From positions 448,001-512,000 of the forward strand of contig JAVZCZ010000001.1 in assembly GCA_038874135.1 (NCBI GenBank): a stretch of DNA of 64,000 nucleotides. Reading direction: 5' to 3'. The DNA is from Candidatus Woesearchaeota archaeon (GTDB taxonomy: Archaea > Nanobdellota > Nanobdellia > Woesearchaeales > 0-14-0-80-44-23). Below, piece after piece: positions 10,743-19,823 of this stretch; positions within the stretch are counted from its first letter, which is position 1, and every line of letters begins with the position of its first letter. The translations under genes were made by a program, and so were the position numbers. Under the pieces are notes generated by a model. The model searched no databases. It had not been told where the DNA came from and saw only the letters and a program-made list of their open reading frames with translations.

Positions 10743-10921
10743 TTTTTTGCCTCTTCCTTTTCTTCTTTTTGATATTGCTGTTTATATCTCAAAACTAGGG
10801 AGCGTATTGCCTCGCGAGCAAGTTCTGTTTGACTTGAGAATATTCCTATATCTATAAGCTCGTCAATATCCTTTTTAAGCTGCTTTCCAACCCTTATATG
10901 CAAGAGCTCATCTTTAGACAT
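10739..10921 (-). CDS. Ribbon-helix-helix (CopG/Arc-like) transcription regulator
   Basis: 60 aa; LLHIRV strand followed by IDELIDIGIFSSQTELAREAIR; 4-bp overlap with the giant gene. Confidence 0.85.
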   Translation of the reverse strand: MSKDELLHIRVGKQLKKDIDELIDIGIFSSQTELAREAIRSLVLRYKQQYQKEEKEEAKK

Positions 10922-10931
10922 TCAGGATTTA

Positions 10932-11002
10932 TGTATCGTTTTGATATATAAATATTTCTATACCAATATACAAAACCAAAATAGATATATCAAAATGATA
11001 CA
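10932..11002. promoter_or_regulatory. 18-bp inverted repeat (17/18 match) overlapping the minus-strand TATA box; candidate RHH operator
   Basis: tgtatcgttttgatatat (10932-10949) and atatatcaaaatgataca (10985-11002); each arm contains TATC-N5-GATA. Confidence 0.65.
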
Positions 11003-11025
11003 CTTCCGTTTTAGAGAATAGGAAA

Positions 11026-11100
11026 CGCGCCTGGGGAGATTCGAACTCCCGACCCACAGCTTAGGAGGCTGTTGCCCTATCCAGACTGGGCTACAGGCGC
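11026..11100 (-). tRNA. tRNA-Arg(CCT)
   Basis: Reverse complement gives a GCGCCTG/CAGGCGC acceptor stem, ACAGC-CT CCT AA-GCTGT anticodon arm and GTTCGAATC T-loop; CCA not encoded. Confidence 0.95.
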
Positions 11101-11174
11101 ATAAAAGTTTAACACGGGAATTAACCCGGGACTTTTAAATATTACTAAAACATAAAGAAAGGATGAGAAGAGGC

Positions 11175-11402
11175 TCAGCTCTGCTCAATATCTCTATATA
11201 TCTGAGCGGTTATTCCGAGAATCACAAGAAACACTAGAATACCGCCGAGAAACAAAATATCTGTTTGCCTTGAAACATTAGAAGCAGAAACCGCCATTCC
11301 CGAAGGCCCTCCCGCAATCCAGTTGAGCAGGGTTATTGCCCCGATGACTGTTATTGTTGCTGATACTATCAGGATTACCTTCTGCCAGTTTTTATCTATC
11401 AT
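11175..11402 (-). CDS. Small two-TM membrane protein
   Basis: Likely start ATG 11402 after GGGGAG; two hydrophobic helices around GPSGMAV. Confidence 0.6.
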   Translation of the reverse strand: MIDKNWQKVILIVSATITVIGAITLLNWIAGGPSGMAVSASNVSRQTDILFLGGILVFLVILGITAQIYRDIEQS

Positions 11403-11496
11403 AATCTCCCCACTTTGTTTAATAAAGTTTTGTTTAAATATTTTTCCAATACTTTTTTGAAATAAATTTTTAAATTCAACAATTTGTCCAGGAAGC

Positions 11497-12693
11497 ATGT
11501 ATAAGATAAAGCAGCTGCCTGAAGACTTTTTTGTAAGGGAGATTGCCAGGCACGAATTCAGAGAAAAAGGGGATTACGCTTATTACATTATGAGAAAGAA
11601 AAATTATACCACGCAGAGGGCTGCCGAGAGGGTTGCTGATTTTCTCGGAGTAAAGCGTGAGGACTTCAGCTATGCAGGATTGAAGGACAGGAATGCTGTT
11701 ACTGAACAATTTGTTTCAATAAGAAGCAGGGAATCGCCTACAGAGATAAAACTTCCGGATATTGAGCTTAAGCTTCTGGGCAGAGGCTATGTTAAGATCG
11801 GAATAGGCGAATTGGATGGGAACGAGTTCAAGATAACAGTCAGAAACTTAGAAATTTCAGATATAATAAGGCTCTATAACCGCTTTGCAGAAGAAGAGAT
11901 GCTGGAAGATTTTCAGCTCTCAGAATCGGGGTTGAAGGTTCTATTCAACGAACTTAAAGAGATAACCAATTCAAGAGGAATATTCTTTCCGAACTATTTT
12001 GGAAATCAGAGATTTTCCAAGAACAATTACGAAGTTGGAAGAAGCCTACTCCTAAGGGACTTTAAAGGCGCAATTAATAAGATACTCTGCTTTGACATTC
12101 CTGAAGAGAGTGTCAAGAATCATTGGGAAAACTGGGATGAGCTTCTTAAGATTGCAAGAGCTGAGAGCAGCAAGGAAATTCTAAAACACCTCTCCCAAAA
12201 CAGCAGGGATTATGTTGGCGCTCTTAGGAGAATTCCCAAAAGGATTCTAAGATTATACATAGGAAGCTTTCAGGCCTTCTTGTTTAACGAAGCACTATCC
12301 GCAAAGGTCAGGAGTAGGTTTGAAAAATACTTTGAAGTCAATTACAAACTTGGCAGGATGGCTTTTCCTGAAAAGATTATTGATAAGCCAAATAATGAAA
12401 AAATCTCACTTCCAGGATTCGGAAGTGATAAAGTAGACGAACAGGTTTCTAAAATACTTGAAAGGGAAGGGATCTCCCAGCGAAGCTTCATAATAAGAGA
12501 AATGCCAGAGCTGTCTGCTGAGGGAACTGAGAGGGATGCCTTCTGCGCTGCTGAAAGGTTCACAATTACAGGCATTTCAAGAGATGAGTTGAACAGTGGA
12601 AGATTCAAAATTGAACTCTCATTTTATCTGAGAAAGGGAAGTTATGCCACCATACTCATTGACTTCCTATTTGGTCAGAATATTTTGAACTGA
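11497..12693 (+). CDS. truD: tRNA pseudouridine(13) synthase
   Basis: PEDFFVRE, YAGLKDRNAVTEQ, GNEFKITVR, FPNYFGNQRF, FYLRKGSYAT. Confidence 0.95.
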   Translation: MYKIKQLPEDFFVREIARHEFREKGDYAYYIMRKKNYTTQRAAERVADFLGVKREDFSYAGLKDRNAVTEQFVSIRSRESPTEIKLPDIELKLLGRGYVKIGIGELDGNEFKITVRNLEISDIIRLYNRFAEEEMLEDFQLSESGLKVLFNELKEITNSRGIFFPNYFGNQRFSKNNYEVGRSLLLRDFKGAINKILCFDIPEESVKNHWENWDELLKIARAESSKEILKHLSQNSRDYVGALRRIPKRILRLYIGSFQAFLFNEALSAKVRSRFEKYFEVNYKLGRMAFPEKIIDKPNNEKISLPGFGSDKVDEQVSKILEREGISQRSFIIREMPELSAEGTERDAFCAAERFTITGISRDELNSGRFKIELSFYLRKGSYATILIDFLFGQNILN

Positions 12694-13327
12694 AGAATTC
12701 ATCTATTCTTTTTATCAGTTCTCTATGAACCTCAGAAGCACTCCTATTCCCATCAATAGTTATGAGCATGCATTTTTCAGAATAGTGCTCTGCAACTCTT
12801 TCTGTAATCCTGTGGTATATGCTAACCCTGTGCCAGAAGGAATCCTCAGAATCATCAGCCCGCCTAACAAGCTGAACCTTGCAAGTATCGCATAGAGTGT
12901 CTCTTCTCGGCTTAGGCCCTGTTATCATGTTGTAAACTGCTGAACACTTGGGACAGTAAAGCCTTCCCATTATTCGCGCTTTTGCAACCTCATCCTCCAA
13001 GGATATTAAAATGGCGAGGTCAATTCCTATTCTGCTGTCCAGAAACTGCGCCTGAGCCAAATTTCTCGGATAGCCATCCAGAATGAAACCTCGCTTACAG
13101 TCCGGCATGGATATCCTACTTTTAACCATTTTGTTGATTATGGAGTCGGGAACCAGCTTTCCCTCACTTGTTAGTTGAAAAACTTTCTTAGCCAGTTGAG
13201 TGTTTCTGTTAAGCTCAGCTCTGAGCAGGTCTCCAGTGGATATGTGAGCTATATGATAATGCCTCGCTAGCATTTCAGCCTGGGTTCCCTTCCCCGAACC
13301 AGGCATCCCTATTATTATCGTTTTCAT
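12656..13327 (-). CDS. adk: Adenylate kinase, bacterial type with Zn-LID
   Basis: GMPGSGKGTQA, HISTGDLLR, GFILDGYPR, CPKC...CDTC; start set at MKTII (13327). Confidence 0.93.
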   Translation of the reverse strand: MKTIIIGMPGSGKGTQAEMLARHYHIAHISTGDLLRAELNRNTQLAKKVFQLTSEGKLVPDSIINKMVKSRISMPDCKRGFILDGYPRNLAQAQFLDSRIGIDLAILISLEDEVAKARIMGRLYCPKCSAVYNMITGPKPRRDTLCDTCKVQLVRRADDSEDSFWHRVSIYHRITERVAEHYSEKCMLITIDGNRSASEVHRELIKRIDEFFSSKYSDQIGSQ

Positions 13328-13328
13328 C

Positions 13329-15638
13329 TTATCCGAAATATCCCGGACTTTCTTCCTTCTCCTTTTTCCTCTTCTCCTTAGCATAAGCAAGCTTTGCAAC
13401 TTCCTTAAAGTCCTTATAAGCCTTCATCAGCTCAGGCGTTATTGAAGGCGATACCTTCTTAAGTGCTTCTTTGAAGTTTTGAGCACTCACTTCCTTAGCA
13501 TTTATGTCCTTTCTAAGAGCCAAGATTGCTGCCTCCCTGCAAACAGCCTCTATCTCTGAACCCACATAGCCTTCAGTCTTCTTAGCAAGCTCTTCAAGAT
13601 TCACATCCTTAGCCAACGGCATTCCCTTAGTGTGAATCTTAAAGATTTCCAGTCTCGCCTTCTCGTCAGGCATATCAGTAAGTATGAGCCTATCAAACCT
13701 TCCTGGCCTTAGAAGTGCGGGGTCCATAATGTCTGGCCTGTTAGTAGATGCTATAACTACAACATCGTGAAGTTCCTCCAAGCCGTCAATCTCAGTGAGC
13801 AGCTGGTTAAGGATTCTGTCAGTCACTTGAGAGTCAGAGCTGGAGCCTCTTCTAGGGGCTAAGGCGTCAATCTCGTCAAAGAATACAATTACAGGTGCGT
13901 TCTGCCTCGCCTTCTTGAAAACTTCTCTAACTGCCTTTTCAGACTCTCCAACCCACTTGCTCAAAAGCTCGGGGCCCTTAACAGGTATGAAGTTGGCTTG
14001 CGACTCGTTTGCAACCGCCTTAGCCAGCAGGGTCTTCCCAGTCCCGGGAGGTCCGTAAAGCAGGATTCCCCTCGGAGGCCTTATACCCATCCTCTTAAAG
14101 GCTTGAGGATACTTAAATGGCCACTCAACAGCCTCTTTGAGCTCCTGTTTTGCATCCTCCATTCCGCCAACATCTTCCCACTTAACCTTCGGAATCTCCA
14201 CCAGCACTTCCCTCATTGCAGAAGGCCTTACAACCTTGAGAGCGTCCTTAAAGTCCACTTGTTTTACTATAAGCTTTTCCAGAACCTCCTGAGGCAGGGG
14301 CTCGTCCTCCTTTATTTTCAAATCTGGAACAACCCTTCTAAGCACTATCATCGCAGCCTCCTTTGCAAGTGCTTCCAGGTCTGCGCCTACGAAGCCGTGG
14401 GTGATATCAGCAATCTCTCTAAGATTTACATCCTTAGCAAGGGGCATGTTTCTGGTGTGAATCTGAAGAATCTCGTAACGGGCGTCAGCGTTCGGAACTC
14501 CGATCTCTATCTCCCTATCAAACCTTCCAGGCCTTCTAAGAGCTGGGTCTATCATGTTTGGAACATTTGTAGCTGCAATTACAACAACCTTACCTCTGGA
14601 TTTTAATCCATCCATAAGTGCAAGCAGCTGAGCAACTACCCTCCTTTCAACCTCTCCCTTGCTTTCTTCCCTCTTAGAAGCAATAGCGTCTATCTCGTCA
14701 ATAAAGATTATGGAAGGAGCATTTGCTTCAGCTTCCTCAAACTTCTTTCTGAGATTTTCTTCACTCTGGCCGTAGAACTTGCTCATAATCTCTGGACCGT
14801 TAATCAGTATGAAGTGCGACTGAGTCTCGTTTGCAACCGCCTTAGCCAGCAGGGTCTTCCCAGTCCCGGGAGGTCCGTGTAATAATACACCCTTAGGAGG
14901 CTCTATTCCCAACCTTTCAAATATTTCAGGATGCTTAAGCGGAAGTTCAACCATTTCCCTTATCTTTTTTATCTCATTAGAAAGTCCGCCTATATCCTCA
15001 TATGAGACATCTGCAATTCTGGCCTCTGAAACCTCAACTGCTCTCGGGCTTATCTGAATCTCAGTAAGCTCAGTTATCTGAACCGCCTTCTTCGGAACTG
15101 TATCCACTATCATCAGTGCAATATTCCCGAAGCCAAGAGGAAATGCTGTGAAGCTGTCCAGCTGCCTAAGAGCTTCTGTCACCTCATCTGCGAATGGGGA
15201 AATTGATTCTGAAAGAGAAGTTCGCCTGTATCCAGTCCAGGTCGGAATAACCACATCTCCCTTTAAAACATACCTGCCGAGCAGGGCGTCTCTAAATATG
15301 TTTGGAGATGAAACTCTAAGCTCCATCTCCTTCTTCGCAGGGGCAACTATTATCTTCTTAGCCTCTTTTACCTCAACCTTTCTAACCCTAACTATGTCCC
15401 CTATGCTTGTCTGGGCGTTCCTCCTAGTAACGCCGTCCATCCTAACTATTCCCAAGCCCTCGTCTCCCGGATAAGCCCGGTCCACCATCGCCACGGTTTT
15501 CCTGCCACCTTCTATCTCTACAGGATCGCCCGGCTTCAATCCGAGAATCTTCCTAGACTCAGCATCAATTCTCACAACTCCCCTATTAACATCTTCCTGC
15601 TGGGCCTCAGCAACCTTCAGTTTTAACTCTTCAGCCAT
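13329..15638 (-). CDS. cdc48: CDC48/VAT-family double AAA ATPase
   Basis: N-domain plus two [19 protein letters not shown] modules. Confidence 0.97.
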   Translation of the reverse strand: MAEELKLKVAEAQQEDVNRGVVRIDAESRKILGLKPGDPVEIEGGRKTVAMVDRAYPGDEGLGIVRMDGVTRRNAQTSIGDIVRVRKVEVKEAKKIIVAPAKKEMELRVSSPNIFRDALLGRYVLKGDVVIPTWTGYRRTSLSESISPFADEVTEALRQLDSFTAFPLGFGNIALMIVDTVPKKAVQITELTEIQISPRAVEVSEARIADVSYEDIGGLSNEIKKIREMVELPLKHPEIFERLGIEPPKGVLLHGPPGTGKTLLAKAVANETQSHFILINGPEIMSKFYGQSEENLRKKFEEAEANAPSIIFIDEIDAIASKREESKGEVERRVVAQLLALMDGLKSRGKVVVIAATNVPNMIDPALRRPGRFDREIEIGVPNADARYEILQIHTRNMPLAKDVNLREIADITHGFVGADLEALAKEAAMIVLRRVVPDLKIKEDEPLPQEVLEKLIVKQVDFKDALKVVRPSAMREVLVEIPKVKWEDVGGMEDAKQELKEAVEWPFKYPQAFKRMGIRPPRGILLYGPPGTGKTLLAKAVANESQANFIPVKGPELLSKWVGESEKAVREVFKKARQNAPVIVFFDEIDALAPRRGSSSDSQVTDRILNQLLTEIDGLEELHDVVVIASTNRPDIMDPALLRPGRFDRLILTDMPDEKARLEIFKIHTKGMPLAKDVNLEELAKKTEGYVGSEIEAVCREAAILALRKDINAKEVSAQNFKEALKKVSPSITPELMKAYKDFKEVAKLAYAKEKRKKEKEESPGYFG
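14004..14878. repeat. 53-bp perfect direct repeat inside cdc48 (14004-14056 = 14826-14878)
   Basis: ctcgtttgcaaccgccttagccagcagggtcttcccagtcccgggaggtccgt read at both positions. Confidence 0.92.
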
Positions 15639-15732
15639 GTGCTCACCCCGATTAGCGTAAATCTGAAAGCGTTATATCTTTAAATGGAATTTTGTATTTA
15701 AATAAATTTTTGAAAAGAAAAGAGAAAAATGC

Positions 15733-16179
15733 TTAGCCGATGTACTCGTTACTTCCCTTTTGTTCGCTCTGCTGTTCATTCACTCGTGGAAAAGGAATAG
15801 GAGGTGGAAGTGAAAGCTCTCTGCTAATAACTACTGCCTCAACAGTTGCTCTAGCGAGGATAGCGTCCATTATCTCCTTTACAAGTTCCTTAAGCAATGT
15901 TTTGCTCTTCTTCCATTCCTTAACTGCACTCTCTGCAACTTCCTTTTTCTCAACAGCAATCAGCTCTCCTTCAAGTTCAATAAGTCCTATGTCGGGCGTA
16001 TAAGTTGTAGTGAATGTAAAAGAAACTTTTATCCCGCCGCTGTTCTTCTGCGATCCTCCAATCTCGGCATTCTCAACTCCCTTTATCTGGACATTATTAT
16101 TCACTTGAAGCTGTCCTGCAACTCTTTTCTTGTTCTCAGCTGAAATCTTAACAAAGTTTATTCCAAGTATCAAAGACAA
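15733..16179 (-). CDS. Conserved archaeal hypothetical protein, possible SecB-like fold
   Basis: Beta-rich N-half, long C-terminal helix, LSLPPPIPFPRV tail; TTG start after AGGTGA. Confidence 0.6.
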   Translation of the reverse strand: MSLILGINFVKISAENKKRVAGQLQVNNNVQIKGVENAEIGGSQKNSGGIKVSFTFTTTYTPDIGLIELEGELIAVEKKEVAESAVKEWKKSKTLLKELVKEIMDAILARATVEAVVISRELSLPPPIPFPRVNEQQSEQKGSNEYIG

Positions 16180-16242
16180 TCACCTTTCCTTAATGAAATT
16201 GGGCGCGAATTTAAAAACTTTGCTAAAATGTGCTAATATTTC

Positions 16243-16262
16243 AGGAAAAGATTTATAATATA
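16243..16262 (+). promoter_or_regulatory. BRE/TATA-like promoter of the por operon
   Basis: Purine run ggaaaag followed by tttataata, about 40 bp before the porC ATG. Confidence 0.45.
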
Positions 16263-16298
16263 GTGGCTTAACAAGAAAATAAGAAATCGGCGAGTTGA

Positions 16299-16862
16299 AT
16301 GAGTGCAGTCAAGGAGATAACAATCCTGGGAAGAGGAGGTCAGGGAGCGGTAACTGCTGCAGAGCTTATTGCCAAGGCCGCATTTCATGAGGGCAAGCAG
16401 AGCCAGGCGTTCCCGAGCTTCGGAGTTGAAAGAAGAGGCGCTCCTGTAAGCGCCTTCTGCAGAATTTCTGAAGACAAAATAACATTGAGAAGCCAGATTT
16501 ATGCGCCGGAATATGTCCTGGTATTAGATTCAACACTGCTCTCATCAGTGGATATTCAATCCCTCTCAAAGAAGAAGGGAACTTTAATAGTGAACACTTC
16601 CAAAGAGATAAATGGTGAAATAAAGAGGGAAGGAATAAAAATATTCAGCGCGGACCTGAGCAGCATAGCCAAAGAAACCTTTGGGGCAGACATAGTAAAT
16701 ACTGCAATTGTAGCAGCATTCGCAGCATTCACTAAAGAAATCTCAATAGGTTCAGTTGAAGAGGCATTGCCAGAAATATTTGAAGATAAAAACTTGCTGA
16801 ACAAAAACATTGCAGCTGTCAGAAAGGCGTACAATATCTGTATAAAAATGATGGAAAAATGA
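16299..16862 (+). CDS. porC: Pyruvate/2-oxoacid:ferredoxin oxidoreductase gamma subunit
   Basis: GRGGQGAVTA, FPSFGVERRGAPV. Confidence 0.93.
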   Translation: MSAVKEITILGRGGQGAVTAAELIAKAAFHEGKQSQAFPSFGVERRGAPVSAFCRISEDKITLRSQIYAPEYVLVLDSTLLSSVDIQSLSKKKGTLIVNTSKEINGEIKREGIKIFSADLSSIAKETFGADIVNTAIVAAFAAFTKEISIGSVEEALPEIFEDKNLLNKNIAAVRKAYNICIKMMEK

Positions 16863-17158
16863 GGAGTAGAAAAAAATTTGAAAATAAGAGCGAGATTGAG
16901 TTCACCCCTGGCGCAGTGATAAGAAGCCCTGGATCCACTCTAAATACAAAAACAGGCAGTTGGAGGAGCGAGAGGCCTGTGCTGGACCTTGCAAAATGCA
17001 CAAAGTGCGGACTCTGCTGGACATTCTGCCCTGACGCTGCAATAAGAAAAAACAAGAAAGGCGAGTTTGAAATTAACTACGATTACTGCAAGGGCTGCGG
17101 AATATGCGCCTCCGTATGCCCGGTAAAGGCAATATCCATGAAAAAAGAAGAGAAATGA
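16859..17158 (+). CDS. porD: Oxidoreductase delta subunit (2x[4Fe-4S])
   Basis: KTGSWRSERP, CTKCGLCWTFCP, YDYCKGCGICASVCP. Confidence 0.94.
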   Translation: MRSRKKFENKSEIEFTPGAVIRSPGSTLNTKTGSWRSERPVLDLAKCTKCGLCWTFCPDAAIRKNKKGEFEINYDYCKGCGICASVCPVKAISMKKEEK

Positions 17159-17173
17159 AGAAAGGGTGAAAAA

Positions 17174-17518
17174 ATGAAAAAGGAAATTTTAGACAAGCTT
17201 AAGCAGGATGCAAGGAATGACGAGATTACATTGAAAGAGATACTGGCTGAAGAGAAAAACACTGAAGCTGCAGTTGCCAGATTCTCCCAAAAGCTAAGTG
17301 AGAGGCACGCTTCGGATTTCAGCGGAGTCCTAATGTTAAAATATGACAAAATATCTGGAAAGATACATCTATACGCTGGGGACATCAAAAAGCCAGAATT
17401 AGTAATAGATAAGGAAGACATATTAATAATACCGCATCAGGTTATGCTTTTAAGAGAACGAAGGATAAAGGAGAAGGAGCTAAAAGATTGGGAATATTCC
17501 ACCAAGTCAAAAGTGTAA
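17174..17518 (+). CDS. Hypothetical protein inside the por operon
   Basis: 114-aa ORF with GGGTGA RBS that fills the porD-porA gap. Confidence 0.7.
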   Translation: MKKEILDKLKQDARNDEITLKEILAEEKNTEAAVARFSQKLSERHASDFSGVLMLKYDKISGKIHLYAGDIKKPELVIDKEDILIIPHQVMLLRERRIKEKELKDWEYSTKSKV

Positions 17519-17528
17519 GATAAGGGAA

Positions 17529-18674
17529 GTGGGTATGGAAGAAGTAATTGAAGCCAGTGAAGCTGTTGCCAGGGCAGCAGCACTCTGCAAGCCTGCTGTA
17601 ATTCCGATGTATCCAATAACGCCTCAGACGCACATAGTTGAAAAGCTTGCTTCAATGATAAGCAAGGGCGAGTTAGACGCTGAGATGATCCACGCAGAAT
17701 CAGAACACAGCGCACTCAGCGCAGCCATAGGCGCATCTGCAACAGGAGCCAGAGTATTCACTGCAACATCAGCTCAGGGACTGGCGCTCATGCATGAGGT
17801 GCTGTTCATAGCTTCTGGGATGAGGCTCCCAATTGTTATGGCAGTTGCGAACAGGTCCCTCTCAGCCCCAATTAACATTTGGAACGACCAGCAGGACACA
17901 ATTTCCGAAAGGGACTCGGGCTGGGTGCAGCTATATGCTGAATCGGCTCAGGAAGCATTAGACACTACAATTATGGCTTTCAAGATTGCTGAGAGCAAAA
18001 AAGTCCTACTCCCAGTTATGGTTTGCATAGACGGCTTCACACTCTCACATCTTTTTGAACCTGTGGAGATTCCTGAACAGAAGGATGTAAATAGGTTCCT
18101 GCCAGAGTTTAAGCCGGAGGACTTCTTGGATCCTAAGAGTCCTAAGAGCTTCGGGCCGATAGCATTTCCAAACACTTATGCCTGGTTTAGAAAGATGCAG
18201 CAGGAAGCTATGAAGAATGCTGTCCCTGAGATAAAAAGGGTAAATCTTGAATTCAAGAAGAGCTTCGGAAGGGCTTACGGAGATGGCTTGATTGAAGAGT
18301 ATATGATGCAAGATGCAGAATACGCAATAATCGCAATCGGATCTGTGTGCGGAACTATAAGAAGCGTGATAGATGAGATGCGCTCTCGCGGAAAAAGGTA
18401 CGGAATGATAAGGATAAAGTCTCTACGCCCATTCCCGCAAGAGGAGCTTAAAAAATCTGCATCCAGACTTAAAGGCATCTGCGTAATTGACAGAAACCTG
18501 AGCCCCGGATTGGGTGGAGCTGTTGTAAATGAGGTCAGAGCAGTTCTTCCTAACAAGAAGGTGTGCTCAGCAATAGCGGGACTTGGCGGCATGGACATAA
18601 CTCCTGAACACATAAAAGAGGCTTTCCAAATTGCTGAGCGGGGAAGTCAAAAAGAGCATTGGCTGCTCAAGTGA
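17529..18674 (+). CDS. porA: Oxidoreductase alpha subunit
   Basis: YPITPQT, ESEHSA, TATSAQGL, NRSLSAPINIWNDQ, DGFTLSH. Confidence 0.95.
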   Translation: MGMEEVIEASEAVARAAALCKPAVIPMYPITPQTHIVEKLASMISKGELDAEMIHAESEHSALSAAIGASATGARVFTATSAQGLALMHEVLFIASGMRLPIVMAVANRSLSAPINIWNDQQDTISERDSGWVQLYAESAQEALDTTIMAFKIAESKKVLLPVMVCIDGFTLSHLFEPVEIPEQKDVNRFLPEFKPEDFLDPKSPKSFGPIAFPNTYAWFRKMQQEAMKNAVPEIKRVNLEFKKSFGRAYGDGLIEEYMMQDAEYAIIAIGSVCGTIRSVIDEMRSRGKRYGMIRIKSLRPFPQEELKKSASRLKGICVIDRNLSPGLGGAVVNEVRAVLPNKKVCSAIAGLGGMDITPEHIKEAFQIAERGSQKEHWLLK

Positions 18675-18678
18675 AAAA

Positions 18679-18921
18679 ATGAGACACATAAAACATCACA
18701 TATTAAAAGATGAACAACTAACGAGCAGATGCTTTTACTGCAATGAAAAAATTACAAAGGAAAAATGGAAATCTGAATTTGAATCATACTTCCACTACAA
18801 GGTTGCAGAATGCCCAAAATGTAACAAGACAAACAGAATAAGAGTAAGGTTTTACGGCTCTGGACACGACAAGTGGGCTGATGGTCTTGAAGAAAGATTG
18901 GTAGCAAGTGAGAAAAAATGA
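18679..18921 (+). CDS. Small Zn-ribbon protein inside the por operon
   Basis: CFYC...CPKC and GSGHD; likely start ATG 18679; overlaps the porB start. Confidence 0.7.
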   Translation: MRHIKHHILKDEQLTSRCFYCNEKITKEKWKSEFESYFHYKVAECPKCNKTNRIRVRFYGSGHDKWADGLEERLVASEKK

Positions 18922-19823
18922 TAATGGGACTTGAGGAAGAGGAATATTTTGCATCTGGGCATAGAGCCTGCGCTGGCTGTGGCGCTGCAATAATACTTAG
19001 ACACGCCTTAAAAGCTGCTGGGCCAAACACTATAGTGGTGAGTGCCACTGGCTGCATGGAGGTTGTGAGCTCTCCATATCCTGAAACTGCTTGGAAGCTG
19101 CCGTGGATACATGTTGCCTTTGAAAATGCCGCTGCAGTCGCTTCCGGCATTGACTCCGCACTTAGAAAGATGAACAGGAGGGAAGGAATAAACATCTTAG
19201 TAATTGGCGGAGACGGGGGTACTTTTGACATAGGGCTTCAGGCATTAAGCGGCGCTGCTGAGAGGGGCCACAAGTTCACATACCTTTGCTATGACAACGA
19301 GGCGTACATGAACACTGGAATTCAGAGGAGTGGTGCAACTCCGAGGTTTGCATCAACCACTACGAGCCCGTACGGCTCAAAGATACACGGAAAAACCCAG
19401 AATGCTAAAGATATGCCATTCATAATGGCTGCTCACGGCTCATATGTCGCTACTGCCAACATTTCAGAATTTATAGATTTTAGGAACAAGCTTAAGAAAT
19501 CATTCTCAAAAGACGGAGTAAGTTATATTCAGATATTCTCACCTTGCCCTCCCGGCTGGAAGAGCCCTAGTGATAGTGCAGTTGAGATTTCTAAAATTGC
19601 CTTCTCAGCTAAGGTCACACCTCTTTATGAGATTGAAAACGGCGTGGTCAGGATTACAAGGGAGCCGGCGCTCACCCTTCCTGTTTCAGAATACCTAAAA
19701 AGGCAGGGAAGATTTGCACATCTAAGCGCTGAAGAAGCTGCAGAGGTTCAGAAAAGTGTTGATTCATATTATGAGAGAATAAAGAAGCTTTCAGAATCTG
19801 GAATTAAAATATTCAATTATTAG
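18918..19823 (+). CDS. porB: Oxidoreductase beta subunit (TPP-binding)
   Basis: GHRACAGCG, GGDGGTFDIG, YDNEAYMNTGIQRS, SPCPPGW. Confidence 0.95.
   Translation: MIMGLEEEEYFASGHRACAGCGAAIILRHALKAAGPNTIVVSATGCMEVVSSPYPETAWKLPWIHVAFENAAAVASGIDSALRKMNRREGINILVIGGDGGTFDIGLQALSGAAERGHKFTYLCYDNEAYMNTGIQRSGATPRFASTTTSPYGSKIHGKTQNAKDMPFIMAAHGSYVATANISEFIDFRNKLKKSFSKDGVSYIQIFSPCPPGWKSPSDSAVEISKIAFSAKVTPLYEIENGVVRITREPALTLPVSEYLKRQGRFAHLSAEEAAEVQKSVDSYYERIKKLSESGIKIFNY

Noticed and set aside
11026-11100. Integrated element at tRNA-Arg, tRNA-Pro or tRNA-iMet
   Set aside because: No integrase, transposase or duplicated tRNA 3' end seen in the window
13998-14606. 202-aa antisense ORF in cdc48 and the many other 60-135 aa shadow ORFs
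   Set aside because: They overlap well-supported genes on the other strand or frame and show no recognisable motifs
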